Assembly: GCA_039679675.1 (NCBI GenBank)
Contig: JBDKUN010000059.1
Span: forward strand, 96,001-160,000
Origin: Armatimonadota bacterium
GTDB taxonomy: Bacteria; Armatimonadota; UBA5829; DTLH01
Reading direction: 5' to 3'
DNA length: 64,000 nt
In this document: piece by piece, positions 60,545 through 64,000 of the stretch
Layout of the letters: every line of letters starts with the position of its first letter
How positions within the stretch are numbered: position 1 is the first letter of the stretch
Program-made: the position numbers and the translations under genes
The notes under the pieces: generated by a model
Told to the model about the DNA's origin: nothing
The model's input: only the letters and a program-made list of their open reading frames with translations
Database searches by the model: none

Positions 60545-61684
60545 TCAGGCAACCTCTTTTCGTGTATTTGGTTGAAGCGCGTTCTGCAAAACATCGCGAT
60601 ATACGCGCAGATTGCCATCGACCATCTGATCTACGCTGAATTCAGACTGTACTAACCGGCGGCCGTTTTCACCGAACCGTTTTCCCAGCTCTCTATCACG
60701 GAATAACTTAAGCACTGATTGCTTAATCGCCTCTGTGTCTTCGGGCTGGATCAAAAACCCGGTTTCCCCATCTCTGACTATCTCAGGAATACCGCCGACA
60801 GCCGATGCAACTATCGGAACACCGGCATACGCAGCCTGCAGCAGCGATACACCAAGCCCTTCACGAAGAGCCGGATGCACTACTACATCCAGATTAGTAA
60901 GAATCCTGTTCATATCTTCTCTGAATCCCGCAAACTGCACTTCTTCCGATATTCCCAGTTCCTGCACCCGGCTTTCAAGTTGAGCTCTGAGCGGGCCTTT
61001 ACCAAATATCAGAAACCGAGCATCGGGAAACTCCTTCAATATATCCGGTATGACTGAAAAGAAATACCTGTGGCCCTTGCGCTCAATAAGTTGAGCTATT
61101 ACACCTGCTACTGGAGCATCCTGAGAAATACCGAATTCTGACTCAAACCACTTTCTATCCCTATCGCACTGAGGTTTTGCCGTTATGATAGCACTGTGGA
61201 CTAGCTCAAGCCGTTCTTCATCGATACCACAGTCACTGAGCACTTTTTTTATCCCACCGGAGATAGCTATGATCTTGTCCGGGATCACATTATATTTGAG
61301 ACGCCCAAGAGCTCCCAGGCTGATACGGTCATCGACTCGGCGGGACAATACCACTGCGGGGACTCGCGCCATCCTTGCAGCTACCCCGCCCAAAATCTCT
61401 GCGCCTCTCCGGCTGTGGAGATGCACTACATCAGGCTTTACCTTCCGCACCTCACTATAGACTCTCAACACAAGCGAGGGATCACAGTCGCACCATACAC
61501 TTACGGGATGAACGGGTATGCCCGACCGGCGAGCCTCAGTCTCGATAGCGCTTCCCTTCGCGCATACAAGATCGACACCATGCCCTCTCTCGGCCAAGCC
61601 GCGCATAAGATAGACGACCTGCAGAGCTCCGCCGTACATATGCCTGCCGAACTCGATATGCACTGTATTTATACGGCCTTTCAA
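60545..61684 (-). CDS. Glycosyltransferase family 4
   Basis: YGGALQV, RKGH, EGLGVSLLQA, GGIPEIV. Confidence 0.92.
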   Translation of the reverse strand: MKGRINTVHIEFGRHMYGGALQVVYLMRGLAERGHGVDLVCAKGSAIETEARRSGIPVHPVSVWCDCDPSLVLRVYSEVRKVKPDVVHLHSRRGAEILGGVAARMARVPAVVLSRRVDDRISLGALGRLKYNVIPDKIIAISGGIKKVLSDCGIDEERLELVHSAIITAKPQCDRDRKWFESEFGISQDAPVAGVIAQLIERKGHRYFFSVIPDILKEFPDARFLIFGKGPLRAQLESRVQELGISEEVQFAGFREDMNRILTNLDVVVHPALREGLGVSLLQAAYAGVPIVASAVGGIPEIVRDGETGFLIQPEDTEAIKQSVLKLFRDRELGKRFGENGRRLVQSEFSVDQMVDGNLRVYRDVLQNALQPNTRKEVA

Positions 61685-62739
61685 CTCTCTGCTCCCTCAA
61701 AACTGTGCGGAAATATGGCTGACTGCGCCGCCGATAAAACTTCCTCCGGCGTTACATCCGTTATGCACTCAAAACGTTCGCATGTCGGCTTTTTAAAGCA
61801 TGGTACACAGTCCATATCTTTTCTGACAACTGCGAAATTATCCCGATTAATATGGTTCTGCCAGGCGGTTGTCGGACCGAATATTCCTATAGATTGCTTT
61901 CCGATTGCAACGCCGGTGTGAAGAAGCCCTGTGTCGACCGCAACTACCAGAGAGCAACTGTCCTGAACTGCCACAGCCTGTTTAAGCGTTGTGCAGCCTG
62001 CTATATTAATCGCAGGGGCCTCTATTTTTGCCAAGATCCTATCGATCATCTCGCGGTCTTTTTTCACGCCAAGGAATATACTCCTCATGCCCATCTCATT
62101 CCACAAAAGATCCGCAAGTTTCGACCATCCTTCTTCAGACCAATGCTTGTTAGCCCTTGTAGTCGCAGGACAAAGGGCTGCCGCCTTTTCTCCTACGTTC
62201 AATCCAGCTTCTATTAATATCTTCGATGCTGACTCTCGTTCCTCATCACTGATAACCACCCGCATATCCCCGTCCTGGTCATCAGGAATGATCCCAAGCG
62301 GTTCAAGAAGCCTCATATAGCAGGCCATACCGTGACGGCAACGGCGTTTCGGAGCAGTTTTTTCGCAAGCTACGGTCTCATTGTAGGCTACTCCGCTGAA
62401 CTCTCTGCTGTCAGCATAACCTATCCGGCGTTTTGCTCCCGATGCCGCAGTTACGAGGGCGCTCCGCGCTAATCCCTGGAAATCAAGAGCCACATCAAAC
62501 TGGCGTTTTCTCAACACTTGCGTGAGTTTCAGAAAAGATGCCGGGCCGCTCCTGTCAAAGTTAATCGTCTCATCCACATCCGGATTGCCCTCAAGGATTC
62601 CAGCCGATTTAGACTCGACTACCCAGGTAATCCTGGCATCCGGTATACGCCGTCTGAGCATGCGTACAGCAGCCGTAGTCATAACTACGTCCCCTATCGC
62701 ACTCAGTCTGACGATCAATATGGATAAGTTGTTTGACAT
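61681..62739 (-). CDS. LPS heptosyltransferase (GT9, WaaC-like)
   Basis: RLSAIGDV, DFQGLARS, VDTGLLH, FGPT. Confidence 0.9.
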   Translation of the reverse strand: MSNNLSILIVRLSAIGDVVMTTAAVRMLRRRIPDARITWVVESKSAGILEGNPDVDETINFDRSGPASFLKLTQVLRKRQFDVALDFQGLARSALVTAASGAKRRIGYADSREFSGVAYNETVACEKTAPKRRCRHGMACYMRLLEPLGIIPDDQDGDMRVVISDEERESASKILIEAGLNVGEKAAALCPATTRANKHWSEEGWSKLADLLWNEMGMRSIFLGVKKDREMIDRILAKIEAPAINIAGCTTLKQAVAVQDSCSLVVAVDTGLLHTGVAIGKQSIGIFGPTTAWQNHINRDNFAVVRKDMDCVPCFKKPTCERFECITDVTPEEVLSAAQSAIFPHSFEGAES

Positions 62740-62760
62740 AATAAGGATTCAACCGGTTAC

Positions 62761-63501
62761 TTAATCGAACTCTTTCTGCTCCACTCCCGTATTAACAGTG
62801 ATATCCTTTGTTTCTGTTGTCGCTGCCAGTTTTCCTTCACTGTTGTATACCTCAGCCTTGCATGGAGTCCAAATCCCGTTTACCTTGATATGGTTGAAGT
62901 ATAGCGTCTTCACCTTGAGCGAGTCATCTCCGAACATCCTGTCGCGCCTCAACAATTTATAATCCTTACCGTCAATCCAGATCAATTGATACTTGCTGCT
63001 CTTGGCTGTCTTCAGCTTCAGAACATAAGCAAGTGAACCGTCTTCGTTCTTTTCAGTCCGGACCAGGCTGATATTGTAAATATCCCAGATGACATCAGAT
63101 ACTACGCCCACATCCAGCGGGCTCATTCGTTTTTCCTGCTCTTTCGATATATCTTCACGTTTTTTGTATCTCATAGACGGGATTCTAATGTGCCGGACAT
63201 TACCTGCGGTGATGAATTCAACCTTCATCATACCCAGCACACCGTTTATCTTGAGGCTATCGGGGGCCTTAAACACTACTTTGGCGCTTTTAAACTCATA
63301 AAGCTCCGCGAAGACTTTGCCCATTTTCTGAAGCTCTCGCTGGTTGGAATTGACAACGACCAGATTGCAGCTAAGATCTTTCAGTCCACCTGCAGCCTTA
63401 TGGACATGAGTCTTGAGACTTTCCAGCTCATCTGCTGCGAAAAGCGTGGATGATATTGTTATCAAAGCTATAATTACTGCGAATCCGAATAACTTTTTCA
63501 A
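62761..63501 (-). CDS. LolA-like outer-membrane lipoprotein-sorting protein
   Basis: Signal peptide, FKAPDSLK, IWIDGKDY, GIWTP. Confidence 0.7.
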   Translation of the reverse strand: MKKLFGFAVIIALITISSTLFAADELESLKTHVHKAAGGLKDLSCNLVVVNSNQRELQKMGKVFAELYEFKSAKVVFKAPDSLKINGVLGMMKVEFITAGNVRHIRIPSMRYKKREDISKEQEKRMSPLDVGVVSDVIWDIYNISLVRTEKNEDGSLAYVLKLKTAKSSKYQLIWIDGKDYKLLRRDRMFGDDSLKVKTLYFNHIKVNGIWTPCKAEVYNSEGKLAATTETKDITVNTGVEQKEFD

Positions 63502-64000
63502 CTACTTGTCTCCATCGATTCCTTGACTGCTTCCGATGCCCGTTTCCATCTGTCGTGGAGCCACAGCCACTGAGACGGGTCTTTTCTGATCTCATCTTCT
63601 ATTGCCGTGGTTATTGCCTGCGTCAGCATGTGAATATCTTCTTTTTCATTACCTGTATGAGTTACAGTAATAGGCGGGTATATTCTTGCCCTAAACCGGC
63701 CTTCTTCATCCCTGCGCGCAAACCCACAGACAACTGGAGCGCCTGTTCTAAGTGCAAATACGGCAGGGCCTGTTGCAGTAGCACAGGGTTTGCCGAAAAA
63801 GTCTACAAATATACCGGTGAACGTGTTCTGGTCCGGCAGTATTCCCAAAACCTCATTTCTCTTAAGCGACCTGACAGCCGGAAGTGCTGAGTTGTCCCTG
63901 TCCAGCACGTGATATCCGGCTGTCTCACGCATTTTGTTGGCAATGCCGGTCATCGCCGGGTCGTCGCTATTGCGGGCTATCACGTTCACTTTATAGCCGG
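63498..64000 (-). CDS. Lipid A biosynthesis acyltransferase (LpxL/HtrB family), 5'-partial
   Basis: ILPDQ, FVDFFG, PSQWLWLHDRWK. Confidence 0.88.
   Translation of the reverse strand, partial: GYKVNVIARNSDDPAMTGIANKMRETAGYHVLDRDNSALPAVRSLKRNEVLGILPDQNTFTGIFVDFFGKPCATATGPAVFALRTGAPVVCGFARRDEEGRFRARIYPPITVTHTGNEKEDIHMLTQAITTAIEDEIRKDPSQWLWLHDRWKRASEAVKESMETSS

Overview
Bacterial chromosomal window with no integrase, transposase, phage or CRISPR genes. Gene content (FeFe hydrogenase, LPS core genes plus FemX, secreted proteins with paired OB-like modules) suggests an anaerobic diderm Terrabacterium, probably Armatimonadota (inference). Contents in order: end of a fused sugar ABC binding-protein/permease; tRNA-Ala(CGC); a zinc-ribbon-fused DEAD-box helicase; tRNA-Leu(TAA) beside an AT-rich PIN nuclease gene; sugar enzymes; an ~11 kb [FeFe]-hydrogenase operon (signalling module plus HydD, HydC, HydB-GltD fusion, HydA) with a Rex-type operator; femX, tdh-kbl, polysaccharide export genes, accB-purC, two cold-shock genes, comF, a ~1,540 aa secreted protein, pyk-eno, a GH78 rhamnosidase, a MoxR/DUF4350/DUF4129 operon and an LPS core operon. 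Most notable: three families of dispersed palindromic repeats, nested inside one another in hydrogenase-operon gaps; the NADPH-type HydB-GltD fusion; an RBS-occluding structured leader before the helicase; an ATA-initiated glycosyltransferase; and a cupredoxin nested inside a cupredoxin. Family calls come from motif recognition by eye; no searches were run.
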